Source: Scenedesmus sp. PABB004
Lineage: Eukaryota
Assembly (NCBI GenBank): GCA_014905635.1
Contig: CM026548.1
Span: 496,001 to 560,000, forward strand
Direction of reading: 5' to 3'
Length of the DNA: 64,000 nt
Within the stretch, counting starts at the first letter, position 1, and the number at the start of each line of letters is the position of its first letter. The notes below the pieces were generated by a model, which was not told the origin of the DNA, searched no databases, and saw nothing but the letters and a program-made list of their open reading frames with translations. Positions 8,823 through 22,037 of this stretch are shown here, piece after piece. Position numbers and translations under genes: made by a program.

Positions 8823-11785
8823 TCACGCGCCCCGCTCCGCGCCGGCCTCCGGCACGGCGTCGAGCACTGCGTCCAGCTCGTTGTTGAAGAGCACCTTGGA
8901 GCGGTTGCTCCGCCCCACCACATACACGTCGCCGCCCTGCTGCAGCGCCCACACCTGCGGCGCGGCACGGCGCGGCGCGTCGCCGCCGCGCGCCGCAGCG
9001 CCTGCCGCCCCCCGCGCGCGGCGCCTGCCGCCCGCCCCCCGCCGCCGCGGCCCCAGCGGGCCGCGCGCCGCCGCGCCTGGCTGTGGCTGACGTAGCTGAT
9101 GAGGGTCGTGATCATGAGGCCGCCAAAGCCAGCGTAGACCAGCGGCACCCCGGGGTCGCTCTTGATCTCCAGGCCGGTGCTGCCGACGATGCGCTCGAGG
9201 ACGAGCCCCACGCCCTCGACCTGGCGGCGGTTTAGGCCAGCGGCGCGGCGCGGGGTCGGGCGCCGCCGGCGCGTGCGGGGTCGGGGGCCAGCGAGGCACG
9301 GAGGCGCTGCCGCGGGCGCGGCGGCGCCGCGAGCCCCGGGGCGCGCCCCGCCGCCGCCGCAGCGCGCAGCAGCGCGCGACTGCGCGGCTGCGCCGCGCAC
9401 CTCGATGGGCTTGCCAGACCCCGCGCGCCGCACGCCCACAAACTGGCCCTTGCTGTCGTAAAAGGTGGCGGTCTCGAGGTCCCGCGCGAGCACTGCGGCG
9501 GCGGGCGCAGCGCCGGGCGGCTCGGCCGCCAGGCGGCGCGGCGCGGCGCGCGCCGCCGCGCAGCGAGGGAGGGCGCGCGCGCGCGCACGGCGCGCGGCGC
9601 GCGGCCGCGGCGCGCACTCGAGATGCCGCGCGGCGGGCGACCGTCGTCGCCCGGCGGCTCGAGCGGGAGAAACGTGGCGTAGAGCTTCGCGCCCTCCGCG
9701 ACGCCGCCCTTGCCCTCCAGGCTCGCGAGCGGCAGGTTGAACGCGCGCGCCGGCAGCCGCGGCCGCCCCGGCGCCCCGCCGCCGCCCGGCGCCGGCTGCG
9801 CGCCCTGCGCCGCGGCCTCGCCCTGCAGCTGCTCCAGCAGCGCGCTCGCCGCCGCCGCGCCGCCGGCGCCGCCGCTGCCGCCGCCAGCGCCGGCGGCCTC
9901 GGGCTCCACCAGGCGCAGCGTGAGCGCGGCGAGGGACCAGTCGGTCTGATACATGGTCACGCCGCCCCACCTGCGCGGCGGCGGCCGGCGGCGGCGGCGG
10001 GCGCGCTGGGCCAGCCGCGGCTGCACCGGCTGCCTCGCACACAGTGCACACGAAGGCGCCGCAGCGCACAAGAACAGACGCACGCGGCCGAGCAGGCGAG
10101 CCCAGAAGGGGGGCGGCCGCGGCCGCACCGCCTCTGCCCACCTGAAGGGGTCGTTGACGGAGATCGTCTTGCGCAGCAGCTGCTGCCCGCCGGCGTCGCG
10201 CAGCGTGAGGTCGGAGTAAAACTGCGCGACGCTGCCGTCGGGCCGCGTGTCGATGCTGAAGCGGTTGACCTGGCGATGCAGCCGGCGGCGGCGGCGGCGG
10301 CGGGAGTGGTGGAAAAAAAAAGCTGAGCGGGCCCGGCGCCGCGCCGCGCGGCGGCAGCCATGCACACCCGCACGGCGGCCGCACCTGCAGCACCGTGCGC
10401 GCGCCGCCGGGCGTCGTCGCGAGCGCGCTCGCGGGGCGCAGCGCGTCGCCGACGACAAACTCCTGGCCCTCGGGGACCATCGCAGTGCCCTTCCAGCCGC
10501 CAAAGCCGCTGTACGCGGTGCCGCCGAGCACGAGCAGCAGCGCGGCGTGCACGCCGATCGGCCCGAGCCGCCCCGCGAGGCCCTTGAAGGCGTACAGCCG
10601 CCCGCCCTGACTGAACACCTGGTACGACCGCGCCGCCAGCCCCGCCGCGAGGTCGCCCAGCGCCGCGCGCGGGAGCACCGCCGGCGTGCCGTGGCGCGAC
10701 AGCGCGCGCGGCGAGTCGGCGAAGCGCCAGCGCCGCGCGACCTGCGGCCCCCCGCGGCAGCGGCGGCGGCAGCGGCGGCGGCGGCGACAACGGGGTCGGC
10801 GTGGGCCGGCCGCCTCCCGCCGCTGGCTCCGCCGCCCCTCCCCCGCCGCCGCCCGCCGCTCCCCCTCCCCTCCGCGTCCCGCGCGCCGGGGGCCGCGCCT
10901 TTGCCGCCGGCCACTGTGTCGTCGCGGTGCACGCGGCGAGGCTCGCGCCGAGCAGCGCGATGGCGGCGTAAAAGTACCAGGCCGAGTAGATGTGGTCCAG
11001 CCCGAGGCCCAGCAGGGCGTGGTAGTCCAGGAAGCCCAGCACGCGCTCGCCGTCGTCCGGGTAGTTGGCCACATAGTAGGCGAGCGGCTGCGCGGCGCGG
11101 CGCGTGGCGTGGCGCGGCGGCGCGGCGGCGTGGCGCGGCGGCGTGGCGGCGCGGCGGCCGCAGTTGCGTGGCGCAGGCAGACGGGCGCAGCGGGCGCGGC
11201 GGCGCGGCGCGCGCGAGAGGGCGGCGCGGGAGGCGGGGCGCGCCTTGTTTTGTGGGATGACGGTGCCGAGCGCCGAGAGCGCGGTGATGGCCGCCATGAT
11301 GGCGATCGCGCGCGGCAGGCTCGACAGCTCCCGCACGAGCCGCCGCCACGCCAGGCGCACGAGGCCGGGCGGCGCCGCCGCGGCGGCGCCCGGGCCGGCC
11401 GGCGCGGCGCCCGGCTGCTCCGGCGGCCGCGCAGCCAGCGGCGGCGGCGCCGCCGGCTGCGGCGCCGGCGGCGGCGCGCTGCTGCTGCTCACGTCCGGCG
11501 CCGGCTGCACGCTCAGCGGCTGCCGCCGCTGCTTGCCTGCGCGCCGGCGGCGCGGGGTGGGTGCGGCGTGAGCGCTGCGGGCGGCGCAGCAGCGCGCGTG
11601 CTGGCGGCGCCGCCCCGGCCCGCGCGGCCGCCGGCGCCAGCTGCGGGGCGGACGGGGGTTGCGGAAGCTCCCCGCCCACCTGACGCGCCCACGACGATCG
11701 CCCGCCGCGCCGCGCAGGGCCGGGCCAGGGGCCTCGCGAGCGGGCCCGCCACGCGGCCGCCCCGCGGCGCCAGCGCGGCCCTCAT
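8823..11785 (-). CDS. CCS1: Cytochrome c biogenesis protein CCS1 (CcsB/ResB family), plastid, multi-exon
   Basis: [11 protein letters not shown]...[104 protein letters not shown]. Confidence 0.95.
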
Positions 11786-12152
11786 GGCGGTCGCCGCCCG
11801 AGCGCACTGCGTTGTACCAGCTGCCCTCCACGCCCCCACGTCGCCGGGCGGCTGCGATTGGCGCGGGCGCGAGGCGAGCTGGTGCAGCGGGCTGGCGCGA
11901 CCGCAGGCGCGCAATCCGGGGCCGCAGCGACCGCGCGGGGGCTGCTGGAGCAGGGACACAGCCGGCGTGTTGCCATGCGCGGCGGCGGGGCATTGGCGGC
12001 GCCCCGCGGCGGCCGGCGCGGCCGCCAAACCGCGGCGACGTACGACGTACACCACGCGCCGCCCGCGCAGCCCCGGCTGTGGTGCGTCACTCTCAGGAAC
12101 TCAGCGCTCGCGCCTGACCAGCTTGCAGCCCGCCGCGTCGCCGCACGGCGCG

Positions 12153-13407
12153 ATGCTGCAGCGGCGCCTGGCGGCGGAGCGGACCAGCAGCGGCAGCCGG
12201 AGCGCGCGGCGGCTGCCAGCAGCCGCTGGCAGCGGCGCCGCCGGCGGCGGTTGCACGGCCCTGGCCCTGCGGCGGCGCGCGGTGCGAGCCGCCATCGCCG
12301 CAGCAGCAGCAGCCAGCGGCGGCGGCGGCCCGCAGCAGCCGCCGCCGTCTGCCGGCGCGCCGCCGCCGCCGCCGTCGCCGCAGCAGCAGCAGACGGCCGG
12401 GCGGGCGCGCCGCGCGGCGGCCGACGCCGCGGCGGAGGGCTGGGTCGTGAACAAGGCGCCGATCGGCGCGGCGATGACCCCCGCTCTCTACGCCTACCTG
12501 CTGGCGCACACGCGGGAGCACCCGCTGCTCGCGCAGCTGCGCGCCGAGACGGCGGCGCGGCACGGCGGGCACATGCAGGTCGCGCCGGAGCAGGGGCAGC
12601 TGCTCGCGCTGCTCGCGGAGCTGCTGGGCGCGCGGCGCGTGATCGAGGTGCGCGGCGGCGCGCGGCGCCGGCTGGCACAGCCGCCTGTGCTCTGCTCCGC
12701 CGTGCTGTCTGTCCCCCCACCCACACACGAGCACACCCACACACACACCCACAACCCCACCCACCCACCCACCCACACGCACACGCACGCACCCTCACCC
12801 ACACCCAGGTGGGCGTCTTCACCGGCTACTCCTCCCTCGCCGTCGCGCTCGCGCTGCCGCCCGACGGCGAGCTCGTCGCGCTCGACCGCGACGCCGACAG
12901 CATGGCCGTCGCGCAGCGGTGCGGCGCGCGCCGCGGCGCGGCGCGGCGCGGCGGCGGGCCCCGCGCACCCCGCGCCCTGCCGCGCCCTGCGCCGCGCCCT
13001 GCGCCGCGCGCGCGGCTGACCGCGCCGCCGCGCCGCCGCGCCGCCGCGCCAGGTACTGGGACGCCGCGGGCGTGGGCGGCGTCGTGCGGCCGGTGCTCGG
13101 CCCCGCGGCCGCGTCGCTCGACGCGCTGCTGGCGTCGGGGGGCGCGGGGCGCTACGACCTGGCGTTCATCGATGCCGACAAGCGCAGCTACGCGGCCTAC
13201 TTTGAGCAGTGCCTCGCGCTCGTGCGCGCCGGCGGGCTGATCGCGGTCGACAACGTGCTCTTTTACGGCAAGGTCGCCGACCCCGGCGCGGCCGACAAGG
13301 CGACCGTCGCGCTGCGGGCCTTCAACGACGCGCTCGCGGCCGACGCCCGCGTGTCTGTCGCGGTCGTGCCGGTCGGCGACGGCATGGCGCTCTGCCGCAA
13401 GCGCTGA
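12153..13407 (+). CDS. Class I SAM-dependent O-methyltransferase (CCoAOMT/COMT-like, Methyltransf_3), 3 exons
   Basis: MQVAPEQGQLL, RVIEVGVFTGYSSL, YDLAFIDADKRSY, GGLIAVDNVLFYG, VPVGDGMALCRK. Confidence 0.93.
12714..12806 (+). repeat. Intronic CA/CCCA-rich microsatellite
   Basis: Directly visible, in intron 1 of the O-methyltransferase. Confidence 0.8.
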
Positions 13408-13630
13408 CCGGCGGCGCGCGGTGGGCGCGGCGCGCGGGCGCGGCATGCGGCGCGCGGGCGCGCGGGCGGGGCCGCGGCTCTGAGACACGAGCCGGCCGGT
13501 CGCGCGGGATGTCACTCTAGTCTGAGGCAAGCCTCTCCTTCGCTAGGCGCGGCCACGGGACCGCACGCTCGACTCTCGCAGGCTCTCGCTCCTGCACTGC
13601 CTCGCTCGCCCCCCCCCCTCTCGCGCATGC

Positions 13631-14849
13631 TCACGCGCGCGTGCAATCGCCCCAGACGTTGTCCCATGATCCGTTTTCCATGCAGTTCGCGAACACGCCC
13701 CCGCCCTTGAACCCCGCGGCGCACCCGGCGGCGGTGCACATCTCGCCCACGCGCCAGCCGGTGCAGTCGGGCCACGCCGCCGCGCCCTCGACCGGCGGCG
13801 GCGAGCCCTTGCAGAGCACCTCGGAGCACGCGCCCGCGGGGCGCGCCCACGCGCCGTCGGCGCCGCAGGTCGCCACGACGCTCCCCCGCACGCCGAAGCC
13901 GACGCAGGAGCCGACGCAGCTGCCGCCAGCGGCCGTCGCGGCGCAGCTCGGAGCCCACGCCACGCCCGCGAGCGGGGGCGGCGGCCCGCACGCCTGCCGC
14001 CGCGGCGGCGGCGCCGCCGCGCCGCCCGCGGCCGCCGCCGGCTCCGGGGCGCACACGTCCACAGGGGCGCTCCACGCGCCCGCCTTGGTGCACAGCGCGA
14101 AGGCCTTGCCCGCGAAGCCCGGCCGGCACGGCGCCGAGCAAAAGCCACCGGCCGCGCGGCCGCGGCAGCCCGCCGGCCACGGTGCCGCGCGCGCCAGCGC
14201 CGTGGGCACGCCCGCGCAGGCCGCCGCGGGCGCCGCGGGCGCCGTGGGCGCCGGCCTGCAGAGGTTGGCCGCCGGGTTGACCACCCAGCGGCCGCTCGCC
14301 TCGCACCGCGCGAGCGCGCCGCCGCCGGCGTAGCCCGGCAAGCAACGCCCCCAGCACTTCGCGCCCGCCGCGACCTCTCCGGCGCAGGCCGCGCCCCACC
14401 CGACGCCCGGCACGGGCGGCGGCGGCTCGGCGCACGCTGCGGCCGGGCGGCGGCGGCGTCAGAGCGCGGCCCGCCGCGACGCAAGCGGCGGCCGGCGCCG
14501 GGCTGCCGCTCGTGTCGGCCGCGCAGCAGCACTCACTGGCTCCGGGCACGCACTCGACCACGTACGAGAGGCACGTCACTGGGCAGCGCGCACAGTCAAA
14601 AGCGTCACCCTCCTGCTGGCACCGGCACGGGCAGTGCCCGTACACCCCCACGGCGATCCCGGCCGCGCGGGCGTCGCAGGCCCTCGCCTGGCCCGCCGCC
14701 GCGGCGGCCCGGCTGGCCGCTGCCGCGAGCAGCAGCAGCGGCAGCGCCGCCGCGGCGCCGCGGGCGCGGCGCGGCTGCATGCCGGCCGCTGCCGCGAGCA
14801 GCAGCAGCGGCAGCGCCGCCGCGGCGCCGCGGGCGCGGCGCGGCTGCAT
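13631..14849 (-). CDS. Secreted cysteine-rich protein with four sushi/CCP-like repeats, 2 exons
   Basis: Signal peptide ALPLLLLAAAA. Intron 14437-14536 (GTGAGT...CTGAC...CAG) joins the frames. Repeats of type W-x2-C...G-x2-C-x3-C-x2-G(F/Y)-x-G...C-x3-G-x-W...C. Confidence 0.7.
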
Positions 14850-14852
14850 GCC
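14715..14852. repeat. Perfect 69-bp tandem duplication containing start codon and signal peptide
   Basis: 14715-14783 and 14784-14852 are identical by eye; each encodes MQPRRARGAAAALPLLLLAAAA. Confidence 0.9.
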
Positions 14853-15196
14853 GCCCGCGCGGCCGGCCCAGATGCTCAGGAGACTGATAGCTCCCACCAC
14901 GGCCACTGCCGCGCCGCGGGGGCGGGCCTGCACGCGCGTGGGAGCTGCTCGCAGGTCTGGTGACGCCGCTGCCGACGAGACGCGGACACCGTCTGGCTCC
15001 CGTGCGCCTGCCCCGCGGCCTCCGCGGGAGCGAGTTCAGCGGTCGGAAGAGCGGCCAGAGCGCGGCGTCCTCGTCGGCCGCCTACCGGGGGTTCAGGCCG
15101 CCGCGCACCGGCGGCGGCCCACGGGTGAGCGCATCACCCTCCGCGGCAGAGGCCAGACACGGCCAGCGCGCCGCAACGGCCTCATCTGTGCCACGG

Positions 15197-15201
15197 TTAC
15201 A
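15197..15201 (-). promoter_or_regulatory. Poly(A) signal TGTAA of COPE
   Basis: TTACA on the + strand about 18 nt beyond the COPE stop. Confidence 0.65.
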
Positions 15202-15218
15202 CGCGCCGCGCGCTCCGA

Positions 15219-16858
15219 TCAGGCCATGGCCGCGGCGGCGCGGTCGAACAGCTCCTCGCCCGCCGCGGCGCGCAGCGCGGCGGGGTGGTTGGGCGCCACG
15301 ATCTTGAGCTGACTCGCGTAGCGCGCCGTGTTCTTGCCCAGGTGCAGCCCCACCTGGCGGCGGCGGCGGCGGCGCGGCTCGCGCGCGCGCCGCGGGGCGG
15401 CGCGTGCAGCGCGCCGCCGCCGCCGGCGCCGCCGCCGCCGGCGCCGCCGCCGCCGCACCGTGACGAGGTTGGCGAGCGTGTCGGGCTCCTTGGCGTCGCG
15501 GCCGAGCGCCTCGAGCAGGTCCCGCTCCGCGTCCTCCCACTCGCCCATCTTCATGTGGCACGTCGCGAGGCCGTTGTGCAGCGGCGCCTGCGCCGCGTGC
15601 CGCGCAGCGCGCGGCGCGGGGTCGGCCGGCAGCACGCGGCGCAGGGTCGGCCGGCGCCGCGCGCGGGCCGGCCGGCCCCACGGCCGCCGCGCGCTGCAGC
15701 CGGCCCCCGCCGCGCCGCGTGCTGCGCCCGGCCCCCGCCGCCGCTGCACGCACCGTCCAGGTGAACTTGTCGCCGAGCTCCTGGTAGATGTAGCTCGCCT
15801 CCTGCACCTTGGCGCCGCCGAGCGCGACACCCACCCATGCGGTCGCGAGCTGCGTCACCGTCGCGTCGTCGTCGATAGCGGACATCGCCTGCGGTGGTGG
15901 TGGTCGCGGCGGTCGCGGCGGCGGCGGCATCGGCGGCCGCGGTCACGGCGGCACCACCACGCGGCGCCGCCGCGCCGCGCAGCCGGCAGACGCCGCCCGC
16001 CGCGCACCTTGGCCTGCGCCTCTGCCTTGTCTGGCCGGTCCATGGCGAGGTACACCTGCACGCACAGCGCCAGCCTGCGGGGCAGCAGGCGGGGGCACGC
16101 GCGCGCGCGTCGGCGCCGCCCGCCGCTGGCCATGGCCGCGGCCGCGCTGCCCTGCTTGGCCGGCGCGTCGCCCGTGCCTCGCCCGCGCGCCGCCCGCGCG
16201 CCGCACATCTCCAGGCTCTGCCCGCCGTGGCAGGCCTTGAGCGCCTCGACGTGGTTGCCCTCGCTCGCAAAGATCAGGCCCGCGACCAGCAGCACGTGGG
16301 GGTTGGTGTTGCAGATCGGGTCGGCCACCCACGCCGACACCTGCTCCAGCGCCGCCTCCTGCCGGCCCCGCGCACGCGGCGGCGCGGGCGTCGGCGCGTG
16401 CGGGCGCCGGTGCGCTGCGCTGCGCTGCGCGCGGGCTGCCGCAGCGACGCCGGCGGTCGGGGGGCAACAGCGCCGCACCTTTGCTATCCGGCCGCCCATG
16501 TACTGCGCCAGCAGCTTCACCGCCTGCAGCGCCATGGGCGCGGAGTCCTTGATTTCGCTGAGCACCAGCTGCGGCGGCGGCGGCGGCGCGGGGCGGGGCG
16601 GCTCGGCGCGCGCCGCAACAGCTGCAGCAGCAGCAGCAGCGGCGCAACCGCCCGCGCTTGCGCGGCCCGCGCGGCGCCCCGACCGCGTCGCACGTCGGTG
16701 CTGCCGAGCGCGATGTAGGAGCGGTACACGAAGACGTCGCGCTCGGTCTGCTCCGCCTCCGAGAGGCCCTCCATGTCGCTGGCCTCGTTGATGGCGTTGT
16801 TGTACGCGCCGATGTAGAAGTTGTTCTTCACCGCGAACAGGATGTCGCGCTCCGCCAT
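15219..16858 (-). CDS. COPE: Coatomer subunit epsilon, 7 exons
   Basis: [69 protein letters not shown]. Confidence 0.96.
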
Positions 16859-17192
16859 GGCGCCGAGCCGCTGGGACCGGCCCGCCGCGCGGCGAGGGCG
16901 CCCGGGCGCGCGGGAGGAGGCGTGCCGGAGCGCCCGAGCGCGCAGGCAGACGCAGCTGCGTGGGTGCCCGGCTGCCGGGGGCCGCAGGGGAGTGCCGGGA
17001 GTGCCGGGAATGGACGGCACGCCGTGCGGACCGCTTGGGGCGACAGCAGGCGACCGAGCAGCGGCGCGCCGTCGCGACACCCGGGCCCCGCGGGGTGTCA
17101 TGCGCTCCACCCCTGCTGCCGCTCCTCACTCCGGTCTCCCCGATCCGGCCATCCGTTCTGCGCTGCCGCACCGCCGATCAGCGCCAGCCGCC

Positions 17193-19182
17193 ATGGCGCA
17201 CGCCGGCGGTCGGCTGCGCCTGGAGCTGGGCGACGAACTGTGCAGCCCCGAGCTCACCGCGGCGGGGCTGCGGCGCTCCTGGTGAGGGCGCTCATGCAGA
17301 CGGCGTGGCGCGGCAGGGTGCGGCGGCGCGGCGCTCACGGCCGCCGTCGGCCGGCGCTGCTGCTGCCGCCGCTGCCGCCGCTGCCGCAGGTACCTGCTGC
17401 CGCCCGACTGCGCCAGCGTCGCCGACGTGGTCGCGAGGGTGAGGGGACGGGCCGGGCTGCGCGCGGCGCCGGCGCGCGGTGCGCGGTGCGGGCAGCGCCG
17501 CCCGCCGCCGTGCGCGGCGACCGCCGGAGCCGCGCCGCCGCGCAGGTCGCGGCCGACCTGGGCCTGCCTGCGTCAGAGCCGCTCACGCTGAGCGTGGACG
17601 GGTTCGTGATGCCGCCAGACGGCCCCGCCGACCTGCTGCGCGACGGCGACCACGTCACGCTGCGCGCGCGCGGCCGCGAGGTGCGGCGGCGGCCGCCGCC
17701 TGGGGGCGCGCGCGCGGCGCGGAGTGCGCCGGGGGCCGTGCACTGAGCCCCCCCCCCCCTGTCGCCGCGCGCTGCAGGCGTCCACGCGCTCGCACAGCAC
17801 GCCCGCGCGCGGGGCGGCGGCGGCGGCGGGCTCGCTGCCGGCCGCCGCGGGCGGCGCGTCCAGCAGCAAGAAGCGGCGCGGCGCGGGCGGGGAGGGCGGC
17901 GGCGGCGGCGGCGGCGGCGGCGCGGCAGCAAAGAGGGCGCGGCCTGGTGGCGGCGCGGCGCCGGAGGCGACGGCCGCGCCCCCCGCCGGCGGCGGCGCGG
18001 CGCCGGCATCGACGGCTGCGCTCGCGCCTGCGGGCGCCGGTGCGGCCAACGGCGCGGCCAACCGCAGCCGCAGCGCGCGCCGCAAGGCAACCAAGCGCCG
18101 GCTGCGCCGCGAGGGCGTGCTGCCCAAGCTGCCGCCCGGCAGGAAGCACGGCGCCGGCGGCGCCGGCGCGGGCAAGCAGCCGTCGTCGCAGCAGGCGCGG
18201 CAGCCGCGCGCGGAGCAGCAGCAGCAGGGCGGCGCCACTGACGCGGGCGCGGTGCCTGCGCACTTTTCGTGGGCGACCCTAAGCTGGGACCAGATGGACG
18301 CGGCGCAGCAGGCCGAGTGCTGGGCGTTCTGGCAGCAGCAGCCGCAGGCGCAGCAGCGGCAGCAGGCGGCTGCGAGCGCGCTCGAGGCGGCGGCCGCTGC
18401 CCACCCGCTCAACCCCAACAAGCAGCTGGCCGCGACGCCCGCGGCGGCGCAGGAGGGGGAGCGCAACGGCAAGGCGGCCAGCAGCAGCCACGAGGCCGGC
18501 AGCAGCAGCAGCGAGGAGAGCAGCAGCGACAGTGAGGAGAGCAGCGACAGTGAGGAGAGCAGCAGCAGCGAGGACAGCAGCAGCAGCGAGGAGGGCAGCA
18601 GCAGCATCAGCAGCGAAGAAGAGAGCAGCAGCAGCGACGCGGCTGGCAACGAGGGCCCGCAGCAGCAGGCGCCGGCCCTGCCGCCGGTGGTCCACGTCCC
18701 CTCCCACCTGCAGCGCGGCGCGCCGGGCGGGCAGCGCGGCGCGCGGCGGCCGCCGGCCGCTGCGCCCCGGCCCGCCGACGCCGACGCCGACGCGGCGGCG
18801 TGCCCCGCGCTGCTGCGCGCGCCCGTCCTCGGCGACGTCCTGGCGTACCAGCTGCTGGAGATCGGGCCGGGCATGGCGCCGCAGGTGCGGCGCGGGCGCG
18901 CGCGCGGGGCGCGAGCGGCTGCGGGCGCCGCGGTGCGCGCCTGCCGGCGGGAGCGCGCCTGGGCGGCGGCCCACGGGCCGCCGCGCGGCGCTCGCCGCTG
19001 GTGCGCAGGTGTCGGAGCCGCGGCGGGGCGTCGTGCTGGAGCACGACCCGGCCAGCGGCGTGCTGCGCCTCGCGCCCTGGCCCGACGCCGGCGCGCACCC
19101 GCTGGCGGCGCGGCTCGCGGCGGCGCGGCTCGCCGCGGCAACGGCGGCGGCGGGCGCGGGCGAGGGCGAGGCGGACGGCAGC

Positions 19183-19220
<38 letters not shown>

Positions 19221-19761
19221 CGACGAGGTGCTCGCGCTCTCAGCTTACGACGAGGCCGGCGTGCTGTCCGCCGGCGTGGCGGACTTCGTGAGCCTGCGGC
19301 TTGTGGCGGCCGCGGATCACGCGCCGCCCAACGCGGCGCCGGCGCCCGCGGCGGCGCCGGCGCGCCGGCACGACGACGACCTGGGCGGTGAGCCTGCAGG
19401 CGCGGCGCAGCCCGCGGCACGCAGCCGCGCGCCCGCAGGGCGGGCTGAGCCGGCCCCGCCGCACGCCTCGCGCCCCGCAGACGGCACGCCGCGCAACGTG
19501 CGCCCGGGGCTGGGCCCGCCGCGGCCCGCGGCGCGGCCGTCGCCCGGCGCCGCCGCCCCGCGGTCACGCCTGGGCGCGGCGCCGGTGGCCGCCGGCACGC
19601 CGCCCGGCCGGCGGCCGGGCGCGCCGCCGGCGGCGGCCGGCGGCACCGGTGGCGGCCCGCGGCCGCGCGGCGGCGCGCGCTCCACGGCGGTGGGGCCGCT
19701 GCTGCGCGCGCTGCGCACGCAGGCGGAGGCGGAGGCCGGCGGCGGCGGGGCGCCGTCGTGA
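17193..19761 (+). CDS. COIL: Coilin-like Cajal-body protein, multi-exon
   Basis: N-terminal RLRLEL...SWYLLP...LTLSVDGFVMPP...LLRDGDHV (Coilin_N-like); SRSARRKATKRRLRR; Ser/Glu-rich linker; C-terminal P-x-x-GDVLAYQLLEI...PQVS...G-V-x3-D Tudor-like region. Confidence 0.8.
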
Positions 19762-19982
19762 CGGCGCAGCGTGCAACCGCGCGCCCCGCAGCACCCCCTG
19801 CGCCCGGCCGCCCTGTGGCTCGCACATCTCAGCTCTAGCCCACCGCGAGTAGACACACTCCCGTAGTAGCTGGCGGCGGCGCCGCCGTAGTAGAGCAGTG
19901 GCGGCGGCTGCACCACGCCCCTGCCTCCCCCCGCCCGCGCATGTGGCTGGCTGACCGAGCCGCCTAGCCACGCCGCCGTGGC

Positions 19983-22037
19983 ATGGCGCCGGGCGGGCAG
20001 GGGCCGGCGCAGCGCGACGGCGCCGCTGCGCCGCCGCCGCCCACGCCCGCGGCCCCGGCCAGCCACCCCAGTGGCACGGTGATGATGCTCGACCACCCCG
20101 GCGGCGCGCGCGTGGCGTTGCTGGGCACAGCCCACGTCTCCGCTTCGCACGGCGCCGCGGCGGCCGCGGCGGTGCGGCAGCTGCAGCCGGCGGCGGTCGT
20201 GCTGGAGGTTGACTTGGAGCGCTTCGGCCAGCTCGCGCTCCGCCACGACCACGCGGCGCGCGGCGACACCGCCGCGCTGCTGGCAGCGAGCGCGGGCGGC
20301 GACGCGCGCGACAGCTGGCTGCCCGACGCGGTCCTCTGGCGGCAGGCGCACGCGCAGTTTCGCCTCATGCGTGACGAGGGTGCGGCGCGTCGGCGCGCGG
20401 CCCCCCGCGCGCGCCGCACGCACCGCGCGCGGCGCGCGCTCACTGCCGCCCGCCCGCCTGGCCGCCGCCCGGCCGCCGCCCACCGCGCGCCCGGCCGCGG
20501 CGCAGGCGTGCCGCTGCTGCTGGGCTCCGTGTACGGGTCGGACATGCTCCACGCCGCGCTCGCGGCGGCGGAGCCCGGCGGCGCGGGCGGCGCGGGGGAG
20601 CAGCGCTGCCGCGTCGTGCTCGCTGACAGGCAGCAGGAGCACACGCTCGCGCGCTTCAGGGCGCTCGCGGACAGCCTCGCACAGCTGCGGCAGCTGGCGG
20701 CAGCGGCCGCGGCGGCGGGCGTGGCGCATGCAGAGGTGCGCCGCGGGGCGCGCGCGGGGCGGGGGGCGCGGGCGCGGGGCGCGGGCGCGCGGCTGTGACG
20801 CGCGGGCCCTGCCGCGCGACCGCGCCGAACACGCCCCGCCCCGCTGGCTGCCGCGCGCGCGCAGGCCGTCGAGCCTGCCAGCGGGAGCGAGCTCGGCGGC
20901 TGCTGCAGCGCCGACAGCAGCGGCGGCAGTAGGGCAGCGCCGGAGCTGCAGCCCGTGCTCGCGGCCGCGACGCGCCTCGCGGCGAGCCGGCTGGTGCACC
21001 ACTGCGTCAAGTGGTGGGGCATGGCTCTCGCCAGCCAAGCGGAGTGGTATGGCGCCCACGTGCACCCCGCGTTTTTGCTGGCGGTGGACGGCCCCGCCGG
21101 CGGCGAACTGCAGCAGCAGCTGCACGCGCGCGGCGTGCACGGCGTGGCCGAGGCGGCCGCCGCGGCCGCGCGCCTGCTGAGCTGCGCCGCCAGCGGCGGG
21201 CGCCGCGGCGCGTGGCTGAGCGGCGAGGGCGCGCCGCTGCCCGCGGCCGCCGACGTCGAGGCGGTGCGGCGCTTCGCGTGCAGCCTGGAGCAGCAGGCCT
21301 GGGGCCAGGCGCCCGCGCGCGGCGACGGCGGCGCGGCGAGCGACGAGCTGCCCCTGTTTGTGCGCCCGTGGTGGGCGCGGCTGGCCGCTGGGCTCGCGGG
21401 CGCGGGCGCCGAGCCGCGGGGCGGCCAGGGCGCCGCCAACCCCGCGGCCGCGCGCGCGTACGAGCAAGCGGTCATGGCGGAGCGCAACGCCGTCATGGCG
21501 GACGCGCTGTGGGCGCAGGCAGCTGCCGCGGGCGCCGGCGGCGCCGGCGGCACCGGCGCCGGTGCCAGCGGCGCCGGCGGCCCGCTGGTGCTGGGCGTCG
21601 TGGGGTGCAACCACGTCGAGGGCATCGCGCGCGAGTGGCGGCTGCGCGTGCAGCGCGCGAGCGGCAGCGGCCCCGCGGCGCCGGGCGGCGCCGCCGCCAC
21701 GGCGGCGCCAGCGCGCGGCGCGCTGGCGCTCGCGGCCGCCGACCTGCTCGCGGACGCGATGGAGCTGTGCGTCGCCGGCGCGGCGGGGCTGGGCTACCTG
21801 GGCGCCGTGAACCGGCTCGCGCGGCGCGGCTCGCCCGGCGGCGTCGGCGTCGGCGGCTGGCGCGGCGCGCTGCGCTCGCCGCTCGCGCGGCGTGTGGGGC
21901 TGCTGGTGCTGCCGGTGGCCGTGGCCCTCGCGCCGCTCCAGCACGACGCGGCGCGCATGCGCGAGGCGTCGCAGCTGCTGCACGGCGCCGCGCTCGTCAG
22001 CGACGGCATGCTGGCGGCGGCGGCGTGGGGGGCGTGA
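19983..22037 (+). CDS. TraB/PrgY/GumN-domain protein
   Basis: VALLGTAHVS...LQPAAVVLEVD...R, VVLADR, VMAERNAVMA, VLGVVGCNHVEGI; TGTAA at 22215-22219. Confidence 0.75.

Noticed and set aside
19983..22037. TraB as evidence of a conjugative plasmid or bacterial contamination
   Set aside because: TraB-domain proteins are widespread in eukaryotes, and this gene has spliceosomal introns and a TGTAA signal.
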